Assembly (NCBI GenBank): GCA_965204895.1
Contig: OZ242025.1
Coordinates: 1,793,621-1,857,620, forward strand
Length of the DNA stretch: 64,000 nucleotides
From: Dehalococcoidia bacterium
GTDB taxonomy: Bacteria; Chloroflexota; Dehalococcoidia; Lucifugimonadales; UBA2985
Reading direction: 5' to 3'
The notes beneath the pieces are model-generated. The model was not told the DNA's origin, did not search any database, and saw only the letters and a program-made list of their open reading frames with translations. Below, one piece after another: positions 54,821 through 63,976 of this stretch (its first letter is position 1; every line of letters starts with the position of its first letter). Both the position numbers and the translations under genes were made by a program.

Positions 54821-54900
54821 GCCGTCATTCCGGCGGAAGCCGGAATCCAGGGCGCTTATACAAAGCGAGGGATAGATTCCAGTTTTCACGGGAATGACGA
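54821..54900. repeat. Clamp-hairpin repeat pair
   Basis: gtcattccggcggaagccggaatccag, plus the degenerate reverse copy gattccagttttcacgggaatgac. Confidence 0.8.
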
Positions 54901-54977
54901 GGGGTTGAGCTTGGTTACAAGTCGCGTAAAGTCTACTACGCAGGAATGGTTGGAGCGAGTGTATGGGGAGGTCGCCT

Positions 54978-56456
54978 CTAGTCTTCCGCGGCCGCCCTCT
55001 TCCAGCCCAGGTCCGGCCTCCGGGCTGCGCGGGCCTCGTCAAGACGGCTGTTGGGCGTGAAGTGCGGAGCGCTCTTCACCGTCTCAGGCTCTTCGTCCAC
55101 CTCCCGGGCAATGTCCTTCATCACCTGTATGAAGCGCTCCAGCGTCTCCTTGCTCTCGGACTCCGTAGGCTCTATCATCAGCGCCTCCTCCACCACCAGC
55201 GGGAAGTACATCGTGGGCGGGTGAATGCCGTGGTCGATTAGGCGCTTGGCGATGTCCAGCGCGCTCACGCCCTTGGCCCTCTGCCTGCGGGCGGAGAAGA
55301 CCACCTCGTGCATGCACGTCCTGTCGAAGGGCAGGTGGTAGTAGTCCTTCAGCTGGCTGAGGATGTAGTTGGCGTTTATGACCGCGTTCTCGCTTATCTC
55401 CCGGAGGCCGGAAGCGCCCATGCTGCGGATGTAGGTGTAGGCCCTCACCAGCACACCAAAGTTGCCGTGGAAGGCGGCCGTCTTGCCGACGGTCTGCTCC
55501 GGCGTGCCCAGCCTGTACCTCTCATCGCCGTTGTCGTCTATGTAGCGTTCCACGACGGGCGATGGGAGGAAGGGGGCCAGCCGCGGCCCGGCGGACACCG
55601 GCCCCGCCCCGGGACCGCCGCCCCCGTGGGGCGTGCTGAAGGTCTTGTGCAGGTTGAGGTGAAGCACGTCGAACCCCAGGTCGCCCTGCTTCGCATGGCC
55701 CAGGAGGGCGTTCATGTTCGCGCCGTCGCCGTACACAAGGCCGCCGGCTTCGTGGACGGTGTGGCACACCTCAAGGATGTTGTTGTCGAAGAGGCCCAGA
55801 GTGCTGGGGAGGGTGAGCATCAGGCCAACCAAATCGGAGTTGCACGCCTCTTTCAGGGCGTCCATGTCCATGTTTCCACTGCTGTCCCTGGGAATGCTCT
55901 GGACGCGGAAGCCGCACATGGCCGCCGACGCCGGGTTTGTGCCGTGGGCGCTGTCCGGGACCAGGACGGTCTTGCGATGACCCTCCCCGCGAGACAGGTG
56001 GTATGCGCGAATCATCAGCATACCGCCAAGCTCGCCCTGAGCGCCGGCGAGGGTCGCCAGGCTGGTGGCCTCCATACCCGTTACCTCCGAGATGTAGCTC
56101 TGGAGCAGGTAGGCCAGCTTCAGCGCGCCCTGCACCGTCTCCTCCGGCTGGAGGGGGTGAATCTGGGAGAACCCGGGCATACGGGCCGCCTCGTCGTTGA
56201 TCTTGGGGTTGTACTTCATGGTACAGCTGCCCAGGGGGTAGTAGTTGGTGTCAACGGAGAAGTTCATCTGGCTCAGGGTGGTGAAGTATCGCACCACCTC
56301 ACCCTCGCTCACCTCGGGCAGCTCAAGCTCGCCGCGCAGCAGGTCTGAGGATGGCAGAGACTGCTCCGGCACATCAAGGGGCGGCAGCGATGCGCCGATT
56401 CTTCCCGGCACGCTCCGGTCCATCAGCAGGCGGCGGTCACCGTTCAGGCTCTCCAT
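54978..56456 (-). CDS. gcvPB: Glycine dehydrogenase (decarboxylating) subunit 2
   Basis: PLP-lysine region LNLHKTFSTPHGGGGPG with full-length P-protein C-terminal-half pattern. Confidence 0.93.
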   Translation of the reverse strand: MESLNGDRRLLMDRSVPGRIGASLPPLDVPEQSLPSSDLLRGELELPEVSEGEVVRYFTTLSQMNFSVDTNYYPLGSCTMKYNPKINDEAARMPGFSQIHPLQPEETVQGALKLAYLLQSYISEVTGMEATSLATLAGAQGELGGMLMIRAYHLSRGEGHRKTVLVPDSAHGTNPASAAMCGFRVQSIPRDSSGNMDMDALKEACNSDLVGLMLTLPSTLGLFDNNILEVCHTVHEAGGLVYGDGANMNALLGHAKQGDLGFDVLHLNLHKTFSTPHGGGGPGAGPVSAGPRLAPFLPSPVVERYIDDNGDERYRLGTPEQTVGKTAAFHGNFGVLVRAYTYIRSMGASGLREISENAVINANYILSQLKDYYHLPFDRTCMHEVVFSARRQRAKGVSALDIAKRLIDHGIHPPTMYFPLVVEEALMIEPTESESKETLERFIQVMKDIAREVDEEPETVKSAPHFTPNSRLDEARAARRPDLGWKRAAAED

Positions 56457-56513
56457 GCACTCCTCTCAGTTGCTATGCGAATCGAGGCTTCAGAGCGTGA
56501 ACAAACTCCCACC

Positions 56514-56606
56514 GTCATTCCTGCGAAAGCATGCCCCGTACCCCGATACGGGGCAGGAATCCAGAAGGGGCGGGGTGTGGACTCCCGCCTGCGCGGGAGT
56601 GACGAA
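56514..56606. repeat. Clamp-hairpin repeats inserted between gcvPA and gcvPB
   Basis: The nested composite gtcattcctgcgaaagcatgccccgtaccccgatacggggcaggaatccag, followed by ggactcccgcctgcgcgggagtgac. Confidence 0.85.
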
Positions 56607-56651
56607 GGGCTGTATATTTTCATCCTATTACTTGGCATCCGCTCTTCCGGC

Positions 56652-57980
56652 TCAGGCCGAACCGATTTCCCCCAAGGCCTCTGCCAGAGCCTCTATCTCT
56701 TCCCTGGTGTTCATTTCAGTGACGCACAGCAGCAGGCCGTTGGGTATGCGGTCGCTGACGTCCAGCCCGCCGATAATCCCGCGCTCCAGCAGCCGGGCGT
56801 TGACCTCGGATGGGGGAATGGGGCACTGAGCGACGAACTCCTGGAAGAAGGTTCCGCTAAGCGGCAGGCTGTATCCGGGTATACGCTCTATCAGAGACGC
56901 GGCGTAGTGGGCCTTGTGATAGGTGAGTTCCGCAATGTGCCGGAGGCCCACCTTCCCCATGCAGGCCAGGTAGGCCGCAATCATCGTTCCAACAAGCGCC
57001 TCGCTTGTGCAGATGTTGGAGGTGGCCCGCTCCCGGCGGATGTGCTGCTCCCGGGTCTGGAGAGTCAGGACGTACCCCGTCCTTCCCTGGGTGTCGACTG
57101 TGCGGCCAACAATCCGTCCGGGCATCTGCCGCAGGTACTGGGACCTGCAGGTGAACAGCCCCACGTAGGGGCCGCCGTAGCTCAGGGGCACTCCCAGCGG
57201 CTGGCCCTCAGCCACCGCTATGTCCGCTCCGTAGTCGCCGGGGGAGTGGAACATTCCCAGGAACACGGGGTCGGTGGATACCACCAGTAGCGCGCCCTCT
57301 TCGTGGGCCGCCTTGCCCAGGGCGCTCATGTCCTCGATGTAGCCGTAGAAGTTGGGGTTCTGCACCACCACGCACGCCGTGCCCTCCCTTATGTCCAGCC
57401 GGTCCGGGCTTGTGGTGTACACGTCCAGCCCCTGGGGGTCCACGTAGGTCCGGATGACCGACATGTTCGCGGGCGATACGCTGTCCAGGACGGCGATCCG
57501 CTCCCTGCTTGTGAGGCGACAGGCCATCAGCGCGGCCTCGGCCAGGGCCGTTGCGCCGTCGTACATGCCCGCGTTCGCCACCTCCATGCCCATCAGCTGG
57601 CTGGTGAGCGACTGGAACTCGTAGGTGATCTGCAGGGTGCCCTGGGCCACCTCCGGCTGGTAGGGCGTGTAGGAGGTCGAAAGCTCGCCCCTTGAGGCGA
57701 TGTGGCCCACAACGGCGGGGATGAAGTGGTGGTAAGCGCCGCCTCCCAGGAATGAGGGCGTGCTGCCCGTGTTCAGGTTGATGTCTGAGAGGGCCTGCAG
57801 TTCCCTGCGAAGCTCCAACTCGGAGATAGGCGCGGGGATGTCCAGAGACGGGTGGGAGTGGCCCTCCGGTATGTCCCTGAACAGGGCTTCAACGGAATCG
57901 ACGCCCGCGGCCTGCAGCATGGCCTGCCGGTCGGCGTCGGTGTTGGGGATATAGGGGGAGGTGGAGTTTCCCCGATCCAT
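56652..57980 (-). CDS. gcvPA: Glycine dehydrogenase (decarboxylating) subunit 1
   Basis: Full-length P-protein N-terminal-half pattern (SFLGGGAY.H.IP, YTPYQPE.AQG.LQ). Confidence 0.93.
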   Translation of the reverse strand: MDRGNSTSPYIPNTDADRQAMLQAAGVDSVEALFRDIPEGHSHPSLDIPAPISELELRRELQALSDINLNTGSTPSFLGGGAYHHFIPAVVGHIASRGELSTSYTPYQPEVAQGTLQITYEFQSLTSQLMGMEVANAGMYDGATALAEAALMACRLTSRERIAVLDSVSPANMSVIRTYVDPQGLDVYTTSPDRLDIREGTACVVVQNPNFYGYIEDMSALGKAAHEEGALLVVSTDPVFLGMFHSPGDYGADIAVAEGQPLGVPLSYGGPYVGLFTCRSQYLRQMPGRIVGRTVDTQGRTGYVLTLQTREQHIRRERATSNICTSEALVGTMIAAYLACMGKVGLRHIAELTYHKAHYAASLIERIPGYSLPLSGTFFQEFVAQCPIPPSEVNARLLERGIIGGLDVSDRIPNGLLLCVTEMNTREEIEALAEALGEIGSA

Positions 57981-57983
57981 CGG

Positions 57984-58373
57984 TTACTCTTCCAGTGACT
58001 CCAGGAATAATTCGTATTCGGAGGCCGACATCAGGTCGTCCAACTCGGCCGGTCTTGCGGGACTGACTCTTACAAGCCAGCCCTTTTCGTAGGGGTCTTC
58101 GTTCACCACCTCCGGGCTGTCCACCGCCTCCTGGTTAACCTCCACCACCTCGCCGGAGATGGGGCAGTATATGGGTGATACGGACTTCACCGACTCCACC
58201 TCGCCCAGCTCCTGCATCTGGCTGAGCACCGTGCCAACCTGGGGAAGGTCGAAGAACACGATGTCTCCCAGGTGGTCCTGGGCGTAGTAGGAAATGCCTA
58301 CCAGCACGCTGCCGTCGTCTTCGCTCTTTGCCCACTCGTGCTCTCGCGAGTATTTTCGGTCAGTCGGATACAT
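57984..58373 (-). CDS. gcvH: Glycine cleavage system H protein
   Basis: Lipoyl-lysine motif VESVKSVS, 129 aa. Confidence 0.93.
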   Translation of the reverse strand: MYPTDRKYSREHEWAKSEDDGSVLVGISYYAQDHLGDIVFFDLPQVGTVLSQMQELGEVESVKSVSPIYCPISGEVVEVNQEAVDSPEVVNEDPYEKGWLVRVSPARPAELDDLMSASEYELFLESLEE

Positions 58374-59488
58374 TATCTCTTCCTGGTGTAGAAAGGAATT
58401 GGGGCCACCTCCGCCTCCGCCTGCCTGCCCCGGATGTCTATGGCTATCCCGGTCCCGGGTTGTGAGTGTTCCATGGCAACATAGCCTAAACCAATGCCCA
58501 TGTCAAGGGTAGGAGAGTGGGCGCCGCTGGTGACCTCGCCGATGGCCTCGCTCCCCCTCAGCATTGCGTAGCCGTGGCGGGGTATCCCGCTCTTTTCGAC
58601 CAGGCGGAAGCCGACCAGAGTCCTCTCCGGCCCACGATCGCGCATCTCTTGCAACGCCGACAGGCCGATGTAGTCGCCCTTGGCGAAGCTCACGAAGCGG
58701 TCCAGTCCGGCCTCGATGGGCGTGAGGGTGGCGTCCATGTCCGACCCGTGAAGCAGCAGCCCCGCCTCCAGCCGTAGCACGTCCCGCGCCCCCAGCCCGC
58801 AGGGCGTCGCACCGCCTGCGATGAAGCTGCGCCACAGCGACGGCGCATCGACCGCCGGGTAGATGACCTCAAAGCCGTCCTCGCCGGTGTACCCCGTGCG
58901 GCAGACCACCGCCGCGACCCCGGACACCTGCGCCTCCACGGCGCGGAAGGGCCTGACGGCGGACAGGTCAACGGAGGTCAGAGCCTGTAGAATGTCCTGG
59001 GCGTTGGGGCCTTGAAGGGCAATCAGGGCCGTCTCCTCCGTGCGCACGTTGATGGTTACGTCCATTCGCCACTCGTCCAGCCATTTCCTGAGCCACGCCA
59101 GGTCCGTGTCCGCGTTGGCGGCGTTGACAATGAAGATGAAACGCTCATCGCCCATGCGGTAGAGAATGGTGTCGTCTATGACTCCGCCCCGCTCGTTGCA
59201 GAGCAGGGTGTAGCGGGCGCGGCCCAGGGGCATGTTGACAACATCCGCCGTCACCAGCCGGTGAAAGAAAGCGGGCGAGTCTGCGCCGGTGACCTCCAGA
59301 CGCCCCATGTGGGACACGTCGAAGATCCCGGCCCTGGCGCGCACGTCCCTGGACTCCGAGAGGATGCTTGTGTACTGGATGGGCATCTCCCACCCGGCAA
59401 AGGGCACCATGCGCCCGCCGGAGGCCTGGTGCTCCTCAAAGAGGGCGGTGCGCTTCAGGGAGTCATGCTCTGCGTTTTGCTCTGTCAT
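58373..59488 (-). CDS. gcvT: Glycine cleavage system aminomethyltransferase T
   Basis: GWEMPIQY, FDVSHMG and the full-length GcvT pattern. Confidence 0.93.
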   Translation of the reverse strand: MTEQNAEHDSLKRTALFEEHQASGGRMVPFAGWEMPIQYTSILSESRDVRARAGIFDVSHMGRLEVTGADSPAFFHRLVTADVVNMPLGRARYTLLCNERGGVIDDTILYRMGDERFIFIVNAANADTDLAWLRKWLDEWRMDVTINVRTEETALIALQGPNAQDILQALTSVDLSAVRPFRAVEAQVSGVAAVVCRTGYTGEDGFEVIYPAVDAPSLWRSFIAGGATPCGLGARDVLRLEAGLLLHGSDMDATLTPIEAGLDRFVSFAKGDYIGLSALQEMRDRGPERTLVGFRLVEKSGIPRHGYAMLRGSEAIGEVTSGAHSPTLDMGIGLGYVAMEHSQPGTGIAIDIRGRQAEAEVAPIPFYTRKR

Positions 59489-59624
59489 AGGTATTCGGAA
59501 GCAACGGAAATCGTTACGGCTATCAGTTCCATATTATGACGGATGGGGCGTTAGGTCAATGGCTGGGAGGGGATGGCAAATCATGTGTGATACAATCCTG
59601 AGGAGCTACAGGCGAGGTGACGTT

Positions 59625-60710
59625 ATGTCTGTCTACAAGATTACGCCAGAAGCAGTAGAGCAACTGAGAGAGACTACTTTCGAGGCCGAGAATCTCTACG
59701 AACGTTATGACATGCAGCGTTTGCTGCGTGATAGTCCCGACGTATTAGAAGAAGGATTGTTTATCCTTGCTGAAGAATACGGGAGCTGGGAAGAATCCTA
59801 TCGCCGTATCGACCTGCTGGCGTTAGATGAAGAAGGACGGCTGGTGGTTATCGAACTTAAGCGAAGTGATCAGGACAGTCTCATGGATTTGCAGGCAATC
59901 CGATACGCGGCAATGGTAGCCAACATGACGGTGGAACAGGTGATTGACGCTCACCGCGATTATCTCAACAAACGAGATAGCAATGAGGATGCCGAATCCC
60001 GCATTCGAGAACATCTGAGAGCGGAAGATGCAGAAATTCGTATTGACACTGGTAAACCAAGAATTGTGCTGGTTTCATCCAACTTTTCCAAAGAACTGAC
60101 TACTAGCGTCTTATGGCTTAAGGGCTTCGAAATGGATATTACTTGCGTGAAGTTGCAGCCCTACAAAACAGGGCAAGATCTGTTTCTTGAAAGAAGCCAG
60201 ATTATTCCCATTCCAGAGACGGAGGACTACCTGGTCCGTTTGCGGGACAGAGAGAGGGAAGTTGAACGGCAAGAGACTTCCCAAGTAGAGACTAGCTCTG
60301 GGGCTGATGCGTTCCGAGGAGCTATAGAAGCGGCGAACGCGGATTCAAAAGAGATGTTAGAGCAATTGTATAATTGGGCATTGTCGTTGGAGTCAAATAA
60401 ACTTGCCCGGCTTTCCACAAGGTCAGGGTCTTACAATAATGTTCTTCGCGTCACGTTGCCTGATAGCAACAGCGGGTTAGTTAATGTTCTTAAGAATAAG
60501 TTAGGCTGGGGATACCTTAAGTTCAACGGTAATCTGCTCGATAGTCGTGCACCGAGGTCTAAAGACCGTATTGAGAAAATCACAGATATGACTATCGGGC
60601 AAAACACCACGCTCTGGGAGTTGCAAGATGGCTTCCTCGAAGCATTAACTGACGCATATCGAGAGGCCAAGGGAGCATTTTCAGACATGGCCGAAGAAGA
60701 AACAAAATAG
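59625..60710 (+). CDS. PD-(D/E)xK nuclease-fold protein, NucS/DUF91-like N-terminal domain plus uncharacterised C-terminal domain
   Basis: The motif RIDLLALDEEGRLVVIELKR...LQAIRYAAM gives the D...(D/E)xK core in NucS-like order. ATG 59625 preferred, because the 59289 extension runs antisense over gcvT. The gene is visibly AT-richer. Confidence 0.6.
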   Translation: MSVYKITPEAVEQLRETTFEAENLYERYDMQRLLRDSPDVLEEGLFILAEEYGSWEESYRRIDLLALDEEGRLVVIELKRSDQDSLMDLQAIRYAAMVANMTVEQVIDAHRDYLNKRDSNEDAESRIREHLRAEDAEIRIDTGKPRIVLVSSNFSKELTTSVLWLKGFEMDITCVKLQPYKTGQDLFLERSQIIPIPETEDYLVRLRDREREVERQETSQVETSSGADAFRGAIEAANADSKEMLEQLYNWALSLESNKLARLSTRSGSYNNVLRVTLPDSNSGLVNVLKNKLGWGYLKFNGNLLDSRAPRSKDRIEKITDMTIGQNTTLWELQDGFLEALTDAYREAKGAFSDMAEEETK

Positions 60711-60762
60711 AGTCAATCCCAACACTATAGTGTAGTGCTAAATGCGTGTGTTTGGCGCCAGC

Positions 60763-61701
60763 CTACCTCACCCCTGCGTACTCATACAGCCTGTCGGCGG
60801 TGAGCTCAATGCCGGCGCCCATCGTGAGCCGCTCCCGCCACTCCGACGGGATTGCCTCCACGCCGTAGTGCGCCCCGGCAATCTGCCCGTAGATCGCCCC
60901 TGTCGTGTCGGCGTCGTCACCCAGGTTGACCACCTTCAGAGCTCCTTCGCGGAAGTCGTCGGAGTTGTGGAAGGCCCAGAGCACCGCCTCCAGCGTGTCC
61001 ACCACGTAGCCCGTACCCCTTATGTCCGGCGGCTCCCTGCGCTTGAAGGACCCGGCGGCAATCTCATCAATCTTGCGGGCAAGAGGACTCCTCTCCCACA
61101 GGCCCTCCACGGGGCAGTAGCGCGGCGACAGCAGCGTCTCCTTGTCCTCGCCCTTGAGCGCGCCCACCAGCAGACCGGCGAAGTAGCGGCAGGCGTCGAC
61201 GCACTCCGTCGCACCGTGGGTTGTCCGTGAGCTCTCGGCGCTGCGGTCGATGGCCTCCCAGGGGTTGCGTGCGTAGCGCATGGGCACCGGGGCCAGGCGC
61301 ATCAGGGAGCCGTTCCCGGCGGCGTTGGGGTTGGTGGAGCCTGCGAAGGGGTCGCCGAAGCGTTCGAAGTAGGACAGCGCGTCCTGGGTGGTGTTCCCGA
61401 TGTCGAAGCACTCGCCCGTGGAGGACATGTAGCCCTCCCTGAACCAGCGTACGTAGCGCTTCATCTGGTCCAGTGGGTCGAAGCCGCCCGACTCTATCAG
61501 GCTTGCGGCAAGGCACAGGGCCATGGACGTGTCGTCGGTCCACTGGCCGGGCTGCAGGCCGAAGGGCCCGCGGCCTATCATGTCGTCTATTGGCTCGAAC
61601 GTGCCGGGTGGCTGGAACTCCAGCGCCGTGCCCAGGGCGTCGCCCGTGGCCAGGCCCAGCAGGCAGCCCCGGAAGCGGTCCCGTGTGGTTACGTCGCTCA
61701 T
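60763..61701 (-). CDS. ADP-ribosylglycohydrolase (ARH/DraG family)
   Basis: [45 protein letters not shown]. Confidence 0.88.
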   Translation of the reverse strand: MSDVTTRDRFRGCLLGLATGDALGTALEFQPPGTFEPIDDMIGRGPFGLQPGQWTDDTSMALCLAASLIESGGFDPLDQMKRYVRWFREGYMSSTGECFDIGNTTQDALSYFERFGDPFAGSTNPNAAGNGSLMRLAPVPMRYARNPWEAIDRSAESSRTTHGATECVDACRYFAGLLVGALKGEDKETLLSPRYCPVEGLWERSPLARKIDEIAAGSFKRREPPDIRGTGYVVDTLEAVLWAFHNSDDFREGALKVVNLGDDADTTGAIYGQIAGAHYGVEAIPSEWRERLTMGAGIELTADRLYEYAGVR

Positions 61702-61705
61702 CCCG

Positions 61706-62263
61706 TCACCTCCCTTGCGATGGCTCAGCCCAGCCGCGGACGTACTCTCTCTGCTCTCTGGTCTCCGGCGAGCCGTGATGGTGCTTGGAGCCTAGCCCCG
61801 ATGCGCGGAAAAGTTCCGTTATTCGGTCCAGGGCCTCGTCTCCAGTCTGCCCGTGGCGCACAAGCCAGCAGCCGAGCACGGTCCCCGTGCGGCCCACTCC
61901 TCCCAGACAGTGCAGGTAGATGGTCTTGCCCTCGGCAAGGGCGGCGTCTATGGCGTCCAGGATGCCGGCCATATGCTGAGGGCTGCGCGGAACGCTGCCG
62001 TCGACGATTGTATGCCTCTTCCAGCCGACGCTCAGCCCAAGGCGTCGGGCCTGCCTCTGCGCGATATCCCAGTACGACGTCAGGTTGTCCGGCTCCCCGC
62101 GCACGTTCAGCCCCGTCAGATCGATGAAGTAGTTGACGCCGGCTTTTAGCAGCGCTTCCACTTTGGGCGCGGCTTCAACCGGGTCTTTCGCGCCGGGGTA
62201 CTCGCCCGCGGCGAAGCGCCCGGGAATGACCCAGTAGCTGTACGGCGATGGGCCCTCTACCAT
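61706..62263 (-). CDS. Cys-based protein/nucleotide phosphatase, dual-specificity PTP-like
   Basis: The P-loop [10 protein letters not shown] (CX5R) and C-terminal SPET..Q..YV are as seen in the PTP clade that accompanies ADP-ribose-processing enzymes. It lies 4 nt upstream of the ARH gene. Confidence 0.7.
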   Translation of the reverse strand: MVEGPSPYSYWVIPGRFAAGEYPGAKDPVEAAPKVEALLKAGVNYFIDLTGLNVRGEPDNLTSYWDIAQRQARRLGLSVGWKRHTIVDGSVPRSPQHMAGILDAIDAALAEGKTIYLHCLGGVGRTGTVLGCWLVRHGQTGDEALDRITELFRASGLGSKHHHGSPETREQREYVRGWAEPSQGR

Positions 62264-62324
62264 GTTAAATCAAGCCACCTTCTGTTACTAGCCATTATGC
62301 TGTCCTGCACGAGGTTGTCCCAAA

Positions 62325-62753
62325 CTATAAATTCCGAGGGATCAGGCCCAATATCCACGTAGCCCCAGATATCGCGAGAATGGCTGAAATCGCGGCAGCA
62401 ACCCATTCTTGGTTAGTCGCACGGTCGCGACACGGCTTCTTACCCCAAGAACAGTATAGATTGTAATGACCAGCCATTACGAAAGGGTGAGCCGCAAACA
62501 CTATAACCGCGACTCCGAACATTTTAGCTGCCATTTCTTTTGAGGCAGAACCAGCTAGAGGTGCCGCGAACACTCCGACGACTAGGATAAGAAAAGATAG
62601 CGCAATAAAACCATCTGCCAATGTAGTCCAAGTTTCCTCACAGTCTGCTTCCATGGCTATTTCTCGCTGGATTCGCCAAGCGAAGGCGGTGACTTGGAAC
62701 CCAGCCAAAACACCCGCTACAGTCCAGACTTGTGACAGTTGGATTGGTTCCAC
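62325..62753 (-). CDS. Four-TM membrane protein, unknown function
   Basis: 142-aa ORF with four hydrophobic helices, in an AT-richer stretch. No recognisable motif. Confidence 0.45.
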   Translation of the reverse strand: MEPIQLSQVWTVAGVLAGFQVTAFAWRIQREIAMEADCEETWTTLADGFIALSFLILVVGVFAAPLAGSASKEMAAKMFGVAVIVFAAHPFVMAGHYNLYCSWGKKPCRDRATNQEWVAAAISAILAISGATWILGLIPRNL

Positions 62754-62902
62754 TATAGTTCCTTAATTTGACACGCCTTTGGAGTTCTATGGGATCCTAC
62801 ATAGTTCCACTGCCGCAACTCTTCACGAGGGCTGGTTGAACTTCTCAGTTGAGCGGGCCTCGGGTGCGGGCATAGGGAAGAGGATTATCTACCGTCTTAT
62901 CA

Positions 62903-63250
62903 TTATTCCTCTTGAGACTTTTGCTGTTCCAATCCGGTCAAGGCTAAACGCAACTCATTCAACTGATGGGCCGTAGGAGCACCTAGACATATTCGTCGAT
63001 TAGCTTGTCCCTGCCAAGATACTACCGCATGATTAGTTGAAAGGTCCCTTCCACATTGAGGGCAAACCGATCCCTCTACTTTGTTAACTTCTGCTGGAAC
63101 TAATCCTACAGCAAGGAATGCTATGGGACCAAATAGAAATCCTAGTACCATCCACGAGACAAAATTCTTGCCTTTCTTCTCCGCTAGGTAGCCGGAGAAT
63201 CCAGCAAAAGTCAACCACCATACTACAAGTAGAAATACTATCTCGCCCAT
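62903..63250 (-). CDS. Two-TM membrane protein with C-terminal CxxC element
   Basis: 115-aa ORF with GGGAGG 7 nt upstream of the ATG. Two N-terminal TM helices (GYLAEKKGKNFVSWMVLGFLFGPIAFL pattern) are followed by CPQCG. Confidence 0.55.
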   Translation of the reverse strand: MGEIVFLLVVWWLTFAGFSGYLAEKKGKNFVSWMVLGFLFGPIAFLAVGLVPAEVNKVEGSVCPQCGRDLSTNHAVVSWQGQANRRICLGAPTAHQLNELRLALTGLEQQKSQEE

Positions 63251-63392
63251 TTAGGAGCCTCCCTGCGACGCTAGGATGTTGACTACCTTACCCAAGTCGT
63301 CGCAATCTAGCGCAGAGCCGCAGGGAGACACAGGTACACCCTGCGAATACGCTCTACGCCTTCGCTCTATGCGACTCTGACTTGGGTAAGTC
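63251..63392 (-). ncRNA. Structured 5' leader with alternative SD-sequestering pairings (candidate riboregulator)
   Basis: The anti-SD CUCCCUGCG (63327..63319) can pair with the SD-containing CGCAGGGAG (63267..63259). It can alternatively pair with upstream CGCAGGG (63346..63340). A separate 6+12-bp long-range helix joins 63390..63370 with 63304..63287. Confidence 0.45.
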
Positions 63393-63398
63393 TTCTTC

Positions 63399-63427
63399 AT
63401 CCTATCACTGGCCTTTATGCCTGTAAA
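63399..63427 (-). promoter_or_regulatory. Candidate promoter of the structured leader and 62903..63250 gene
   Basis: The minus strand reads TTTACA ggcataaaggccagTGa TAGGAT, with a 17-nt spacer and a TGn extended -10. Confidence 0.4.
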
Positions 63428-63568
63428 GTTACGCTTATTCTCTCAGGACTGATGTGTCTATCCTGTAAAAAATCCGGCGATGCCGCATCAGCTCAAAAAG
63501 AGTCCCTGATACTGGTCCGGCTGCAGGAAATAGAAGGATCTCCTGCGGACTCCGTAGCCTCGCGTGAG

Positions 63569-63976
63569 CTATTGGGGCATTGAGACCAGCCACTCGCAGT
63601 TGATGTCAAACGGGCCGCCATCTTCCGACACCTGTCTCCCGGTCGGGCCTACGAATGAGAACGTGGGATCGGGTTGGATATCGCTGACATGGTCTCTTGC
63701 CCAGGATACAACGTCGTTGGACTCCCGTTTCTGTAGGTAGCAGTAGATTGTAGCGGACTCCACCAGCCTGTCTGAGGTGTTCCTGAACGTTGCTACTATG
63801 CGGGATCTCGCTTCACGTCCCCTATCGTCGGGAGGTGGAGTGTACAGACTGGGCCCGTCGACAATTGAGAGAAGAGGTCCCGTTGCCGGTGCTTGTGGTC
63901 GCGCAATCACCAGGACAAACGCCGCTGCTGCAATTGCAGCAGCGGCGTACGCAAGAGTCCGTTTGCGAAACCGCAC
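63569..63976 (-). CDS. Small secreted protein, unknown function
   Basis: 135-aa ORF with the signal-peptide-like N-terminus MRFRKRTLAYAAAAIAAAAFVLVIA. Confidence 0.45.
   Translation of the reverse strand: MRFRKRTLAYAAAAIAAAAFVLVIARPQAPATGPLLSIVDGPSLYTPPPDDRGREARSRIVATFRNTSDRLVESATIYCYLQKRESNDVVSWARDHVSDIQPDPTFSFVGPTGRQVSEDGGPFDINCEWLVSMPQ

Noticed and set aside
54106-54897. 263-aa plus-strand ORF over the peroxiredoxin locus
   Set aside because: It is antisense to a protein with clear Prx motifs, and its product is low complexity and runs into a hairpin repeat.
59489-59624. Glycine riboswitch upstream of gcvT
   Set aside because: The 136-nt upstream region on the minus strand lacks the GGAGAG...CACCG / CUCUGGAGAG aptamer cores.
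59289-59624. N-terminal 112-aa extension of the nuclease ORF (track start 59289)
   Set aside because: The extension runs antisense across the 5' end of gcvT. The in-frame ATG at 59625 begins the AT-richer gene body and has a purine-rich RBS.
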